64,000 bases of DNA from an uncultured cyanobacterium (GTDB taxonomy: Bacteria > Cyanobacteriota > Cyanobacteriia > Pseudanabaenales > Pseudanabaenaceae): positions 3,424,001 through 3,488,000 of the forward strand of contig OY969811.1 in NCBI GenBank assembly GCA_963703315.1, read 5' to 3'. Position numbers and translations under genes: made by a program. Below the pieces are notes generated by a model. The model did not search any database. It was given only the letters and a program-made list of their open reading frames with translations, and was not told the DNA's origin. Positions 1 through 10,393 of this stretch are shown in pieces (position 1 is the stretch's first letter; each line of letters begins with the position of its first letter).

Positions 1-269
1 AATTGATTTAATTATGACGCTCAGGTTTTAGCTATAAATTAGCTTCTATCCCTTGCCTAGATAGGATTTCAGTGATCCCGAACAAAAGATTAACTTAATA
101 ATGTTTTAACTCAATCCTGTAATGCTTTGGTGACAATCTTCTTGGGATTTTTGTTGATCTAAATTAATTACTTGAATAATTAAAAAAACATAAAAATCCC
201 TCCTAGATCCCCCTAATAAGGAAAGTATGCCCTGAACAAGCATATTTTTTTCACTCATCCCAAAATAAT

Positions 270-2705
270 TCATTTCTTGGTTTTGGATATGGCTGTTTTG
301 CCCTGTAATGTTTCCTCGGCTTTGACAGTAGTTGGTTGTGAGCAAAGATGCTCAGGCAATGCTGAGCCTGAAGGATCAAGCTTATCGGCTAGGTGAGGAT
401 ATTTAATCCTGCCATGATTGCGCTCTTGCCAGACTTTGATAAACACAGGGGCAATCCGATCTAAATCTTCCCAAGTTAATGAGCAATCCTTAAGTTGTCC
501 ATCATCCCATCGAGCTTGAAAAATTTTCATCAGTAAACTTTTAGCTGCTTCGAGCGTAGTTTCAGTACCAAGCGATCGCAAAGCCGCTTCACAAGCATCT
601 GCCAGCATCACAATCCCAGTTTCACGAGATTGGGGGATGGGACCAACATAGCGAAATTCCGACTCGACAACGTGGTCAGATCGCTTTTTAGCTTGATGAT
701 AGAAATATGCTATCGCAATTGTCCCTTGATGTTCTGGGATAAAGGCTTGCAACATTTCAGGAAGATGATACTTTTGGGCAAGTTTAATGCCTCCTGAAAC
801 GTGTTCTTTGACAATTTGAGCGCTTCGCCAAGGATCATTAAGGATGTCATGGGGATTAGGCTGTCCCATTTGATTTTCGATAAAATATTCAGGGCGAATC
901 GTCTTGCCAATGTCGTGATAGAGCGTACCTGTTCTCACTAGGGTCGTATCGGCTCCTAGTTCACGGGCGGCGGCTTCCGCAAGGTTTGCGACAAATAAAG
1001 TGTGCTGAAAGGTGCCGGGGGTTTCGCTGACTAAGCGCCGTAGTAAAGGGCGATCAAGGTTAGCTAGTTCCGCAAGCCGAAATGGGGTGAGGGCGTAAGA
1101 AATATGTTCTAGATAGGGAATTGCCCCAAGAGCGACGATCGCGGAAATTAGTCCTCCTGAAGCATACTGAAGTGCTGTGATTACGATCAAGATCGGTGGT
1201 GTAGAGCCGCCAATAATGACGATCGCCATGTATACAGCCGCTTGCAAAAATCCTATTAGTAAACCTGTAGCCGCAAGGTGCGATCGCGTGAGAGGACGGT
1301 TAGTAAGGGCGGCAGCGACGATTGCTCCAATCAGTACAGGTGTAAGAGCGAGTAAGTTAGGACTAATGGCGATCGCTAGCAAGCTCGATGTCAGACAGGT
1401 AATCAACAGGGCAAGGCGAGAGCTATAAAAACTACCGATGATTAAACCCATACTCGCTAAGGGGACAAATACCAGCATATTAGGAGCCATTAGCACTGTC
1501 GCTAAGATACTACCTGTGCAGATAATGCCAAGCGCTAACAGATCTTTAGTGTGGAGTCTGACCTTTAGTAAATATTGCCATCGTTGATTTGCATAACCCA
1601 AAATGCCAAAGGCGATCGCTGTAGTACCGACCATCAAAGCTAATCCCGTGAGATTAATTTGTCTTTGCGTCATTTTCAGTTCATCTAAAATCACAAACTG
1701 ACGCTCAGTAATTTTTTCGCCCCCTTTGACAATCACATCACCTGCTTTTAGGGAAATTCTATGCGGTTGCACTGATTCCGAAGCTTTGATTGCTCTTTCA
1801 GTTGTACTAACATAGTCAATTGTCATATTTGGCTTGACTGTAGCACTGAGCAATGCGATCGCCATTGCCCGATGTTCTTCACTAGTCGGTAAATTGTTGA
1901 GACTTCTGAGCCTTCTAACCAGCATTTCCTCGGGTAATCCCATCACCAAACCTGAAGACTGCATATCGAGTAATGCTTGGCGGGTCAGTTTTTTGTTAGT
2001 CTCCCACTCCTCATTGGTCATTTCTAAGAGGCGATCGCGAAACATGGCGGGACCTTTTGCTGCTTTCTCCTGAGTCATCGCATAGGCTTTGCGAACCTCA
2101 GTGATCTTATTGATCAGATTTTGATAATTTTGAGGAAGCGCATTGATTTTGTATAAAGTTAGCTCAGCCAATGCTACAGAAGGAGATTCTTGATCTTTAT
2201 TGATCGCGCTTGATATTGCCGAAACCTGATTATTAACACTAATGGCTAATCTATTCACTCGTCCCTGTAGCTGTTCCCACTCTAGGTCAGCAATGCGCCG
2301 TAAATACCTCTGGACATCATCACTGAGGATTGTGCGATCAACGTAGGGCAAACTACCAGAGGACACCCGCAATTTGTCACCAACTTGCAATAGCTCTTCC
2401 AAATGATTGACAGCGTTAGCATCAATCTCAGGATTTCGGCGATAGATGGGGATTACTTGCTGCTTGGCTAACTCTTGTGCCTGTTTGGTCGCCTCAATGT
2501 CAGTTGCGGTGATTGTTTTTGGTGCTTTTAAATCTTGATCAACAAATGTGCCAATAGTTAAGCGTGGTTCAGAATAAAACCTAATGCTCAAGGTTGAAAT
2601 GATGCAGACAAAGGTAATTCCGATAACAGCTCTACAAGACCACTTTCGAGATATGCGATGGGTCGTCTCAGGAAGAACCGATGAATGGGTGGGAGCAATT
2701 CCCAT
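270..2705 (-). CDS. 7TM-HD phosphohydrolase (PgpH-like, probable cyclic-di-AMP phosphodiesterase)
   Basis: Large extracytoplasmic N-terminal region, ~7 hydrophobic segments, then HD-domain motifs PGTFQHT, YHDIGK, EHQGT, MLADACEAA. Confidence 0.85.
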   Translation of the reverse strand: MGIAPTHSSVLPETTHRISRKWSCRAVIGITFVCIISTLSIRFYSEPRLTIGTFVDQDLKAPKTITATDIEATKQAQELAKQQVIPIYRRNPEIDANAVNHLEELLQVGDKLRVSSGSLPYVDRTILSDDVQRYLRRIADLEWEQLQGRVNRLAISVNNQVSAISSAINKDQESPSVALAELTLYKINALPQNYQNLINKITEVRKAYAMTQEKAAKGPAMFRDRLLEMTNEEWETNKKLTRQALLDMQSSGLVMGLPEEMLVRRLRSLNNLPTSEEHRAMAIALLSATVKPNMTIDYVSTTERAIKASESVQPHRISLKAGDVIVKGGEKITERQFVILDELKMTQRQINLTGLALMVGTTAIAFGILGYANQRWQYLLKVRLHTKDLLALGIICTGSILATVLMAPNMLVFVPLASMGLIIGSFYSSRLALLITCLTSSLLAIAISPNLLALTPVLIGAIVAAALTNRPLTRSHLAATGLLIGFLQAAVYMAIVIIGGSTPPILIVITALQYASGGLISAIVALGAIPYLEHISYALTPFRLAELANLDRPLLRRLVSETPGTFQHTLFVANLAEAAARELGADTTLVRTGTLYHDIGKTIRPEYFIENQMGQPNPHDILNDPWRSAQIVKEHVSGGIKLAQKYHLPEMLQAFIPEHQGTIAIAYFYHQAKKRSDHVVESEFRYVGPIPQSRETGIVMLADACEAALRSLGTETTLEAAKSLLMKIFQARWDDGQLKDCSLTWEDLDRIAPVFIKVWQERNHGRIKYPHLADKLDPSGSALPEHLCSQPTTVKAEETLQGKTAISKTKK

Positions 2706-2901
2706 AGTTTAATTACTCTTATTTAAAAGGGTGCGTGAATATTAAGTGCTATTTTTTTAAGATTGCCGTTATACAAGTTGCCGCTTGGTGATCTTTTGTA
2801 GTCTAGATGTACCAGATCCCCAAGGTTAATTTCAATCAAAAAACTTAAAATCTGCCTTTTGTTTTTTGACTGACTATGTTTGCCTGACTGTGACATATAG
2901 C

Positions 2902-2987
2902 TATAGCTGTCACCGAAGCAAGTTGTGGCGCGAAGCGCCGCAACTTGCTTTTGGTTTTGTGTCCTAACAAGACTTGCGACAGCTATA
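2902..2987. repeat. Shortened family-B MITE-like palindromic repeat
   Basis: Terminal inverted repeat tatagctgtc...gacagctata, central hairpin with GCGAAGC loop, and ggttttgtgtcctaa segment shared with the 4891, 22586 and 50520 copies. Confidence 0.7.
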
Positions 2988-3070
2988 AAAATCCAAAAAT
3001 ATTGGGTTTTTTAAGATGAGGATATATAACGTAAAGCTTCTCAAATCCTTATCTCTAAAGAATTTTAATA

Positions 3071-3524
3071 GGAAGAGCAAGACATAAGCCGGGTTCTGTT
3101 TTAGGAGTTTTAGAAACTGCCTTAGCGGTTATCTATCTGGGATATTTGTTACCAAATACCTCTTGCGGCACACACTTAATGGCGATCGCCTAGTTTTCAC
3201 TAGTCTCCGCATTAAGCAACGAATCCAAGATCAATTGAAGATCGCAACACTTGGCTCCTCTCGCCTTGCTTCCAACTGGGGTTTACCGAGCCAGAGCCTC
3301 ACGACTCTGCTGGTGCGCTCTTAACACACCTTTGCACCCTTACCGATTGTGGAATCCACAATCGGCGGTATTTTTCTGTGGCACTATCCTCACGATCACT
3401 CGCACTGGGAGTTATCCAGCAGCCTGATCTTCGTGGAAGCCCGGACTTTCCTCAAAACCTGTACTCAAAATAAACTTTAGGTAATATTCTGAGACAAATT
3501 TCGCAACCGCACGCTTACTCTTCC
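3071..3524 (-). ncRNA. rnpB: RNase P RNA (type A)
   Basis: Minus strand has GAGGAAAGUCCGGGCU near the 5' end and AACAGAACCCGGCUUA near the 3' end; termini GGAAGAG.../...CUCUUCC pair as helix P1. Confidence 0.97.
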
Positions 3525-3542
3525 TTAATTACCATTATGTAC

Positions 3543-3646
3543 TAAGTAGCTGGGCATAATTACAAAACAGAGCCAAAAGCTGTGGCGCACGCTGTGCGTG
3601 CGCCACAGCTTTTGGGATTTTATATTTAATTGCGCCTAGCTACTGA
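3543..3646. repeat. Family-A MITE-like palindromic repeat (~104 bp)
   Basis: Terminal IR agtagct.ggc..aatta / taattgcgcctagctact and central hairpin tgtggcgcacgc-tgt-gcgtgcgccaca; related copies at 15774, 18136, 22695 and 51183. Confidence 0.8.
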
Positions 3647-3886
3647 CAATCATGGGGAATAGAAATGGTTTCCTAAGATGAGTTGAGAGGGCGCAACAAA
3701 AGTCTGACTGGTAAAATCCATACAAAAGCTGCTATAAGTATGCGGAAATAATGTTTATCAAAATCAAATAGTTTTGCTAAACTATCTGGTTATTCGAGGT
3801 TTCACTAAAAAGCCTCAATTCAGCCGATCTAAATCACATTAAAAATCCAATACATTCTTTGCTTACAGGTGTGAGTGACTAACTAA

Positions 3887-4705
3887 ATGATGAAACACTT
3901 CTCCAAAGGGATGTACACGCTACTTTTGTCCTTGATAATAGTGCTAGTTGCAGGCGTATCTCAGGCTGCTGCATCTGGTTTATTGAGGGTTTTGGTTAAA
4001 GAGGAAAATAGCTCCAAAATGTCTGTAGCTGTAACTCAACCAGCAACTCTGCAAGCTTCAGGACAGGCAAGCCGCCGTCTTGACCCCGGTAAGTGGTATA
4101 CATTGCCCCTTACTTCGGCATATCGGATTACTCCTAGCAATAACGGATTGGTACAAGTCGGTAGCAATCTTTATCCAGGGGAAATCGAATTGCGGGCTTG
4201 GAATAATAAGGCGATCGCGGTTAACGTTTTATCCCTTGAGGAATATCTTCGCAGCGTTGTCCCTAGCGAAATGCCCGCCAGTTGGCACATGGATGCATTA
4301 ATGGCGCAAGCAGTGGCGGCTCGTAGCTATGCGATCAATACTCAACGTCAACGTAAATGGGGTGAGGCTCCTTACGATTTGGTAAGTGATACTCGCGATC
4401 AAGTGTACAAAGGCTTTTATCGCTTTGATCCGAAAACTGGTCAAGCGATCGCCTTAATCCATAGTCGTAGTGATCAAGCGGTTGCCTCAACCGCAGGTTA
4501 TATGCTTAAACCCGGATTTAAAGGCTACTATCGCGCCCGTCTACCCCGCAACTGGATTAGCTGGGGTGGTGGCTATATGCCCGTCTCCGATGGTCAGCAT
4601 CTTGATCAAGAGATGACTCAACAAATGGCAGAACAGGGTTGGAATTGGGTACAAATTTTAGCTTGGTGGTATCGAGATCAACCGATTACACCAAAGAAAA
4701 ATTAA
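3887..4705 (+). CDS. SpoIID/LytB-domain protein (compact form, N-terminal signal peptide)
   Basis: VNVLSLEEYLRSVVPSEMPASW...AQAVAARSYA...DQVYKG signature; C-terminal ILAWWY. Confidence 0.85.
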   Translation: MMKHFSKGMYTLLLSLIIVLVAGVSQAAASGLLRVLVKEENSSKMSVAVTQPATLQASGQASRRLDPGKWYTLPLTSAYRITPSNNGLVQVGSNLYPGEIELRAWNNKAIAVNVLSLEEYLRSVVPSEMPASWHMDALMAQAVAARSYAINTQRQRKWGEAPYDLVSDTRDQVYKGFYRFDPKTGQAIALIHSRSDQAVASTAGYMLKPGFKGYYRARLPRNWISWGGGYMPVSDGQHLDQEMTQQMAEQGWNWVQILAWWYRDQPITPKKN

Positions 4706-4806
4706 GTAGCTCAGCATAGTTAAAACCCAAAACCAGAGCTTGTGCCGCCCGCTACGCGGGCGGCACAAGCTTCTAGGTTTTAAGTTTACTTATGCCTAGC
4801 TAATTA
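4703..4806. repeat. Family-A MITE-like repeat; inverted near-identical copy at 57380-57483
   Basis: 104 bp, terminal IR taagtagct...agctaatta, central hairpin agcttgtgccgcccgc-tac-gcgggcggcacaagct; begins at the SpoIID stop codon. Confidence 0.85.
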
Positions 4807-4890
4807 AATGTTGATTTCTTCCAAAAGAAGGGGGGGTGACAGTTAGTGTTACCCCTCTTTTTTACTTTTATGTGACTATGGATTTAATCA

Positions 4891-5005
4891 TATAGCAAAG
4901 CAAGTTTTGCTTAGGACATAAAACCAGAAGATGAGTTGCGGCACGATGCGCCGCAACTCGCTTCTTGGGTTTTGGTTTGTACTAGCTAACTCTTTTTTTG
5001 CTATA
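4891..5005. repeat. Family-B MITE-like repeat (115 bp)
   Basis: tatagcaaa...tttgctata termini, central gagttgcggc...gccgcaactc hairpin; inverted 115-bp homologue at 50520-50634. Confidence 0.85.
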
Positions 5006-5023
5006 AATATTTTGAGAAAATCT

Positions 5024-5308
5024 ATGGCTATTAAGAAGTTATCTGAAGTGGAAATCTCATCAGCGATCGCCCAGTTAGCTGGCTGGGCAGTAGTCGATCA
5101 AAAGTTACAAAAAAACTTTAAATTTAGTAATTTTGTCGAAGCCTTTGGATTTATCAGCAAAGTGGCGATCGTTGCCGAAAAGATGGGACATCATCCCGAA
5201 CTTTTCAATGTATATAACAAAGTCAGAATTGACCTGACTACCCATGATGCTGATGGTATTAGCGCCCTTGATTTTGAACTAGCCCAAAAAATCGACAAGC
5301 TTTTATAA
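5024..5308 (+). CDS. phhB: Pterin-4-alpha-carbinolamine dehydratase
   Basis: [10 protein letters not shown]...[10 protein letters not shown] motifs; start moved to ATG 5024 because the upstream extension reads through a repeat. Confidence 0.9.
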   Translation: MAIKKLSEVEISSAIAQLAGWAVVDQKLQKNFKFSNFVEAFGFISKVAIVAEKMGHHPELFNVYNKVRIDLTTHDADGISALDFELAQKIDKLL

Positions 5309-5340
5309 GCAAAGAGTCGCGCAAAGCGCGACTCTTTGCT
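5308..5340. terminator. REP-like hairpin, probable bidirectional terminator between convergent phhB and galE
   Basis: Perfect stem agcaaagagtcgcgc-aaa-gcgcgactctttgct. Confidence 0.7.
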
Positions 5341-6330
5341 TTATGCATGGCGTTTTTGATGCCATTGCCATGCGTGTTGCAAAATCAGATTAATATCGGC
5401 ATATTTCGGTTGCCAATTCAAGGTTTTGCGAGCTTTATCAGCACTGCCCACTAAAGCAGGTGGATCACCTACGCGGCGATCGCCAAAAATCACATTAATC
5501 GGCTTCCCTGTAATTTGCTTGGCAGCATCAATCACTTCCTTTACCGAAAAGCCATTGCCATTACCAAGATTAAAAATTTCACTCTTGTTCCCGTTGAGCA
5601 AATATTGCAAGCCCAGTACATGAGCATCAGCAAGGTCATTCACATGAATATAGTCACGGATGCAAGTACCATCAGCAGTCGGATAATCCGTGCCATAGAC
5701 AGTAATTGCCTCCCGCTTGCCCAAAGCTGTTTGCAGGACTAATGGAATTAAGTGAGTTTCAGGATTGTGATCCTCACCGATCGCCCCATCAGGATCGGCT
5801 CCTGCGGCGTTGAAATATCTAAAAATTACAGACTTTAAGTTATAGGCAACATCAAAATCCTGCAAAATGCGCTCCACCATCAACTTAGTTGCCCCGTAAG
5901 GATTGATCGGTGATTGGGGATGATCTTCGGTAATTGGAGTTTGTTGTGGGACTCCGTAAGTCGCACAGGTGGAGGAAAAAACGAAAGTCTTAATATTCGC
6001 TGCCACCATTGCCTCTAACAGTGACAAAGTTCCCATTACATTGTTGCGATAGTACTTGTCGGGCTGATTTACCGACTCACCAACGTAGGCATAAGCGGCA
6101 AAGTGCATGACCGCGCTAATCGCGCGATCGCTAAATAATTGATCGAGCAATGCGCGATCGTTAGTATCACCAACAATTAATTCCGCCCCTAGTGTTTCCG
6201 CAATATCTTGGTGACCATAGACCAGATTATCTAAAATCAAAACCTCATAACCTGATCGTTGCAGCGCTTTGACTGCATGGGAGCCGATATAGCCCGCACC
6301 ACCTGTGACGAGAATTGTTTGCTTGCTCAT
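5341..6330 (-). CDS. galE: UDP-glucose 4-epimerase
   Basis: ILVTGGAGYIGSH, FSSTCATYG, YGATK, FRYFNAAGA, IRDYIHV; start set at MSKQ. Confidence 0.95.
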   Translation of the reverse strand: MSKQTILVTGGAGYIGSHAVKALQRSGYEVLILDNLVYGHQDIAETLGAELIVGDTNDRALLDQLFSDRAISAVMHFAAYAYVGESVNQPDKYYRNNVMGTLSLLEAMVAANIKTFVFSSTCATYGVPQQTPITEDHPQSPINPYGATKLMVERILQDFDVAYNLKSVIFRYFNAAGADPDGAIGEDHNPETHLIPLVLQTALGKREAITVYGTDYPTADGTCIRDYIHVNDLADAHVLGLQYLLNGNKSEIFNLGNGNGFSVKEVIDAAKQITGKPINVIFGDRRVGDPPALVGSADKARKTLNWQPKYADINLILQHAWQWHQKRHA

Positions 6331-6394
6331 GACTTTACTAGTTAGGGTAAGGAACCAAATTTTTGTGGCGAGGCAAAGCCTCGCCACAAACTTA

Positions 6395-6679
6395 CTAATT
6401 TAAACGCGATTTCAGAATATCAAAGATTTCAGGAGGAATAGGTGTACGCAGCGATCGCCCTAAGCGATTTTTCTTTTGAGCAATTTGCAAGCATTCTAGT
6501 TTCTTGCATAGGTATGCCGATCGCCCCAAGCCCTGATCAAGTTGAATTTGAAAATGTTTAGTATCGTTCTGATCAACAGGACTAGTCGAGGCGATCGGCA
6601 CACGTACTACTCGCCAGAAATGATCGCGCATGGCGATACATTGGCAACTAACACAACGACGGTGTAGCTTCAGAGCCAA
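6395..6679 (-). CDS. ylxR: YlxR/DUF448 RNA-binding protein (RnpM family)
   Basis: RRCVSC...GRSAYLC...C motif; directly downstream of nusA. Confidence 0.9.
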   Translation of the reverse strand: MALKLHRRCVSCQCIAMRDHFWRVVRVPIASTSPVDQNDTKHFQIQLDQGLGRSAYLCKKLECLQIAQKKNRLGRSLRTPIPPEIFDILKSRLN

Positions 6680-6685
6680 ACTGAT

Positions 6686-7915
6686 TTACTCCTCATTCTC
6701 TTCTTCATTTTCCTGCTCTTGGTCAAGGTTTCTCACCACCCTTGTCGAACTTTCCAGAGCCTTACGCTCTTCCTCATCGTAATCATATTTCGCCGAATTT
6801 TTGATATCGATTTTCCAACCCGTCAGACGCGCCGCCAATCGTACATTTTGTCCTTCTTTGCCGATCGCCAAACTTAGCTGATCTTCAGGCACAAGAACAT
6901 GGGCGATTCTCTCATCTGCATTAATCAACCGCACTTCCTGAATCCGTGCAGGACTGAGGGAGTTGGCAATATAGGTCGAAGGATCGGGAGACCATCGGAT
7001 CACATCAATTTTTTCGCCACGCAGTTCAGCTACAACCGCTTGAATTCTTGCTCCTCGCGCCCCAATGCAAGCACCTACAGGATCAACATCGCGCTCTAAT
7101 GTATCGACAGCAATTTTCGTGCGAGGACCAACGGCAGGCGATGGGGGATTGGCTTCTCTTGCCACAGCGACGATCCGTACAATTTCTTCCTCAATTTCAG
7201 GCACTTCATTGGCAAACAAATACACCACTAAGCCTGCATCTGCCCGTGAGACTAGTAGCTGTGGTCCCCGTCGTGAGCCTTCAAACACTTTCTTGAGATA
7301 AACCTTGATTGTCGTATTGGGGCGATAGGGTCTTTCCCCTGCCAGTTGCTCTCGCTTCGGTAATTCAGCCTCAACTTCAGGCTGTCCAAACCCACTGCTC
7401 ACTGCCACGATTACCGAAGTTGTTTCAAATCGCAGTACCCGACCTTGGAGAACAGTACCTTCAACATCTTGAAATTCTTCTTGGATGATCTTGCGTTGTT
7501 GATCTCTCAGTTTTTGAGCTAGGACTTGTTTAGTTTGGATCGCTGCCATGCGTCCAAAGTCGCCCTGTTCTGGAGTCACATCCACTACTACAGTTCCACC
7601 CGCTTGGGCTTCAGGAGCAACTTCACGCACTTCTGACAGTCCAATTTCATGATCCGAATCGCCTACTTCATCGACAATCGTTTTGGTCGCTAAAACCCGA
7701 AATCCCTCACCTTCGAGATCTAGCTCTACATCAAAATTATTGAAATGCTCTTCTTCAAAGTTAATGCCATCGGAACGGTAGGTCTTACGAAATTTTTCGT
7801 AGCCTTTCAGTAATGCCTCACGGAGAGCATTTTGGACAGCGTGCTTAGGAAGATTACGCTCCTTGCTAATCACTTCCACCATCTGACCTAATCCAGGTAA
7901 ATTCAACAATGACAT
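6686..7915 (-). CDS. nusA: Transcription termination/antitermination factor NusA
   Basis: FGRMAAIQTKQV, S1 domain, KH motifs DPVGACIGARG and LAIGKEGQNVRLAARLTGWKIDI. Confidence 0.98.
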   Translation of the reverse strand: MSLLNLPGLGQMVEVISKERNLPKHAVQNALREALLKGYEKFRKTYRSDGINFEEEHFNNFDVELDLEGEGFRVLATKTIVDEVGDSDHEIGLSEVREVAPEAQAGGTVVVDVTPEQGDFGRMAAIQTKQVLAQKLRDQQRKIIQEEFQDVEGTVLQGRVLRFETTSVIVAVSSGFGQPEVEAELPKREQLAGERPYRPNTTIKVYLKKVFEGSRRGPQLLVSRADAGLVVYLFANEVPEIEEEIVRIVAVAREANPPSPAVGPRTKIAVDTLERDVDPVGACIGARGARIQAVVAELRGEKIDVIRWSPDPSTYIANSLSPARIQEVRLINADERIAHVLVPEDQLSLAIGKEGQNVRLAARLTGWKIDIKNSAKYDYDEEERKALESSTRVVRNLDQEQENEEENEE

Positions 7916-8018
7916 AAGTTTTTCTCGTTTTTTGATTCTATTTAATTTTTATAAAAATTCAAAAACTGGCATTACCAGTTTTTGAATTTAAAAACCTTAC
8001 TGGGTTTAGTTGGCAGGA

Positions 8019-8480
8019 TTATTCGGCTTTTGCAAGCTCAACGCGATCAACAAGTTCACGAGGAATATTGACAATGCGCCCCTTGATGCTAATCGTGACC
8101 TGCGTCTCATTGCGTGAGACTAAATGCCCAACCCAACTTTGTTTGCCTTCATGGGGAACGGTCGTGCTAACTGTCACCATAAAACCTTTGAAAGCAATAA
8201 ATTCGCGATCGCCCTGTAACTGACGTTCTGCCCCTGGGCTAGAAATTTCTAACACATAGGCATGGGGAATTATATCAACCTCATCTAGAGTTGGCTCTAG
8301 CGCACGACTCATCCGTTCACAATCATCTAGCCCTGTATCTTGTTCAGGATTACGAATATCGACCCGCAACACCACAGGGTTTTTATTGGTATACAAAACC
8401 ACATCGACCACCTCTAACCCAAGGGGCGAGGCAACTTCTTCAGCAATTTGAAAAATTTGCGGAATTAGAGGATGACTCAT
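8019..8480 (-). CDS. rimP: Ribosome maturation factor RimP
   Basis: LDDCERMSR, YVLEISSPGAER; upstream of nusA. Confidence 0.96.
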   Translation of the reverse strand: MSHPLIPQIFQIAEEVASPLGLEVVDVVLYTNKNPVVLRVDIRNPEQDTGLDDCERMSRALEPTLDEVDIIPHAYVLEISSPGAERQLQGDREFIAFKGFMVTVSTTVPHEGKQSWVGHLVSRNETQVTISIKGRIVNIPRELVDRVELAKAE

Positions 8481-8635
8481 AGAATTTAAAATATGAACGT
8501 TTATTCTGGTTTTAATACCAAAACTAAAAATGGCTACGCCATTTTTAGTTTTGAGTCAAGCCGATAAAAAGCGAGTTTCAGAGCAGGTTTATTTGTAAAT
8601 TAAAAAAACAAACTTACAAAACAAGCCTACAAAAC

Positions 8636-8659
8636 AAAAAAGTGGGACAATCGCCCACT
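8636..8659 (-). promoter_or_regulatory. rimP-leader terminator/attenuator hairpin
   Basis: Minus strand AGUGGG-cgauugu-CCCACU followed by a U-tract, ~160 nt upstream of rimP; resembles the widespread rimP leader hairpin. Confidence 0.7.
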
Positions 8660-8946
8660 CTTTGAGTGCTTTTATCTGTAACCGATCGCAGCGAAAAAAC
8701 ATCACAGTTGCGATGCTTTTGCTGTTATAGACTCAAGCGTTACTTACAAAATATGTATCAAGTATCGATCGAGTGCATCTCTTCGGAGCTTGTGTACTAC
8801 AGGAAAAAACACGATTATCTCACGCACGATACTTAGTGTTTAGTCTTTACTGCTTACCTGTTAGCACTTAAATGTATCCTATCACGCGCTTTCCAAATCT
8901 GAAATAATTTAGGATCACTAGCCCGTGCTTGCGCCGCCCAGTCATC

Positions 8947-9168
8947 CTAGCATAATACTAATTCTGGTCGCTCTTCAGGCAAGATAGCACCTTGAATCGG
9001 ACATACTTGCAAACAAACACCACAGTCAATGCAAATTGAGGCATCAATCTTAAACCAAATCGTACCTTTGCTGTTTGCACCTTCTCCCTGTTCGATACAA
9101 GCAACTGGACAGGCAGGTACACAGTTGGCAATGCCTTCACAAATATTTGATGCGATCGTGTAAGCCAT
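8947..9168 (-). CDS. Small bacterial-type 4Fe-4S dicluster ferredoxin
   Basis: CEGIANCVPACP and CIDCGVCLQVCP motifs. Confidence 0.9.
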   Translation of the reverse strand: MAYTIASNICEGIANCVPACPVACIEQGEGANSKGTIWFKIDASICIDCGVCLQVCPIQGAILPEERPELVLC

Positions 9169-9206
9169 TTGGATTTCAACTACTAGAGCGTTACTACTGT
9201 ATCAAA

Positions 9207-9250
9207 AGTAACTAAATATAACTTATCCATAACCCAATATATAACTTTTT
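9207..9250 (+). promoter_or_regulatory. Tandem TAAC direct-repeat motif (4 copies, 10-12 bp spacing)
   Basis: TAAC at 9209, 9219, 9230 and 9242; same motif at 15348 and 18247. Confidence 0.45.
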
Positions 9251-9635
9251 TGTGAAAAATAGGATGAATTAGTCTCCCCATCGTAAATTTCTTCGTGTAG
9301 AATATGAGCATACAAGTATTACAGATAAACCGTAGGAAGTTCACTGTAAGAAATGTTTACATCCCTCTTATTCATTTGTGTGAATAGAGAAGATAAATCA
9401 ATCTCATGTAATTAGTCTATTCATTAAGAATGAAATCAGATAGATAGGGATATTTGATTTGTAAGGCTAAGTTACGATAGGTTTACGCAACCTATTCTTT
9501 TCTACTAGTTGAGTCCATACATAGATAGTAGTCTTAGCGTAAATAAGTATGTAACTGAAATATCAACACAACTTAACATCGGCTCTTTTGTGGATTACTT
9601 AAATACAAACTCTTAAAAAATAGGTTTATCCGATC

Positions 9636-10313
9636 ATGAAATATTTATCTTCTGCAATTATTTCCACCAGCGTTCTTGCTGTTGCTCTTGTTGCAGGTTC
9701 TGCCAACGCTGCTAGCATCAGTTACAGTTTTAGTCCTATTGACACTTCTGAACTATCTGCGTTTGATGATGGTACAACTCCTGGCTATACCTTTGAATTA
9801 GGTGGGCTATCGGCTGAACAAAATATTAGAACTGGCTCTGTTGAGTTTCAGAATGCTCAACCCGCAGGTGATCAGACTAATTACTTGGCAGTACAACCTG
9901 ATCCTACAATTGAAGATGGAGTTCCAGGATTTGCTTTAGGCGCTATCATCTACAACTCGCCTCAGCTACTTAGCAACTTCAGCATTTATTGGGGTTCTGC
10001 CGATAAGTCTAATAAAGTTGAATTTTTTAACGGTGACACTTTTATTCAAGCGCTCACTGGTTTAGATGTGTTTGGTAGCAACGCTAATGGTGATTGGTAC
10101 GATCCTGCGGCAAACCGTTATGTAACATTTACTGGGATCAATACCCAATTCAACAAGATCAGATTCTCTACAGGTCAAATCGCTTTCGAGTTTGATCAGA
10201 AGCGTCCTGTTCCTGTTCCTGCAATTGTTCCTGGTATTGCTTTGGCAGCAGCTTTCTTTGGTAGTAAGGCTCTCAAGCGTAAGCAAAATGAAGCTAGTAA
10301 GCTAATTGCTTAG
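9636..10313 (+). CDS. Exosortase-sorted surface protein (PEP-CTERM/PTPA-CTERM type, Npun_F0296-like)
   Basis: Signal peptide ending ANA, YWGSAD motif, C-terminal PVPVPA + transmembrane helix + basic tail KRK. Confidence 0.75.
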   Translation: MKYLSSAIISTSVLAVALVAGSANAASISYSFSPIDTSELSAFDDGTTPGYTFELGGLSAEQNIRTGSVEFQNAQPAGDQTNYLAVQPDPTIEDGVPGFALGAIIYNSPQLLSNFSIYWGSADKSNKVEFFNGDTFIQALTGLDVFGSNANGDWYDPAANRYVTFTGINTQFNKIRFSTGQIAFEFDQKRPVPVPAIVPGIALAAAFFGSKALKRKQNEASKLIA

Positions 10314-10338
10314 TTTTTCACATCAACTCACCTGTTGT

Positions 10339-10377
10339 AAAAGAGAGTGGCAGCGCATTGCGCCGCCACTCTCTTTT
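10339..10377 (+). terminator. REP-like hairpin, probable terminator after the surface protein gene
   Basis: aaaagagagtggc.gcgc-att-gcgc.gccactctctttt. Confidence 0.6.
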
Positions 10378-10393
10378 GGATTATTGAAAATTT

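Noticed and set aside
106..345. 79-aa minus-strand ORF and other short overlapping ORFs in the track
   Set aside because: No recognisable motifs; they overlap well-supported genes in other frames
4931..5023. N-terminal extensions of the phhB, galE (6331-6387) and cpcD (25279-25350) ORFs
   Set aside because: They read through palindromic repeats; family similarity starts at the downstream ATG
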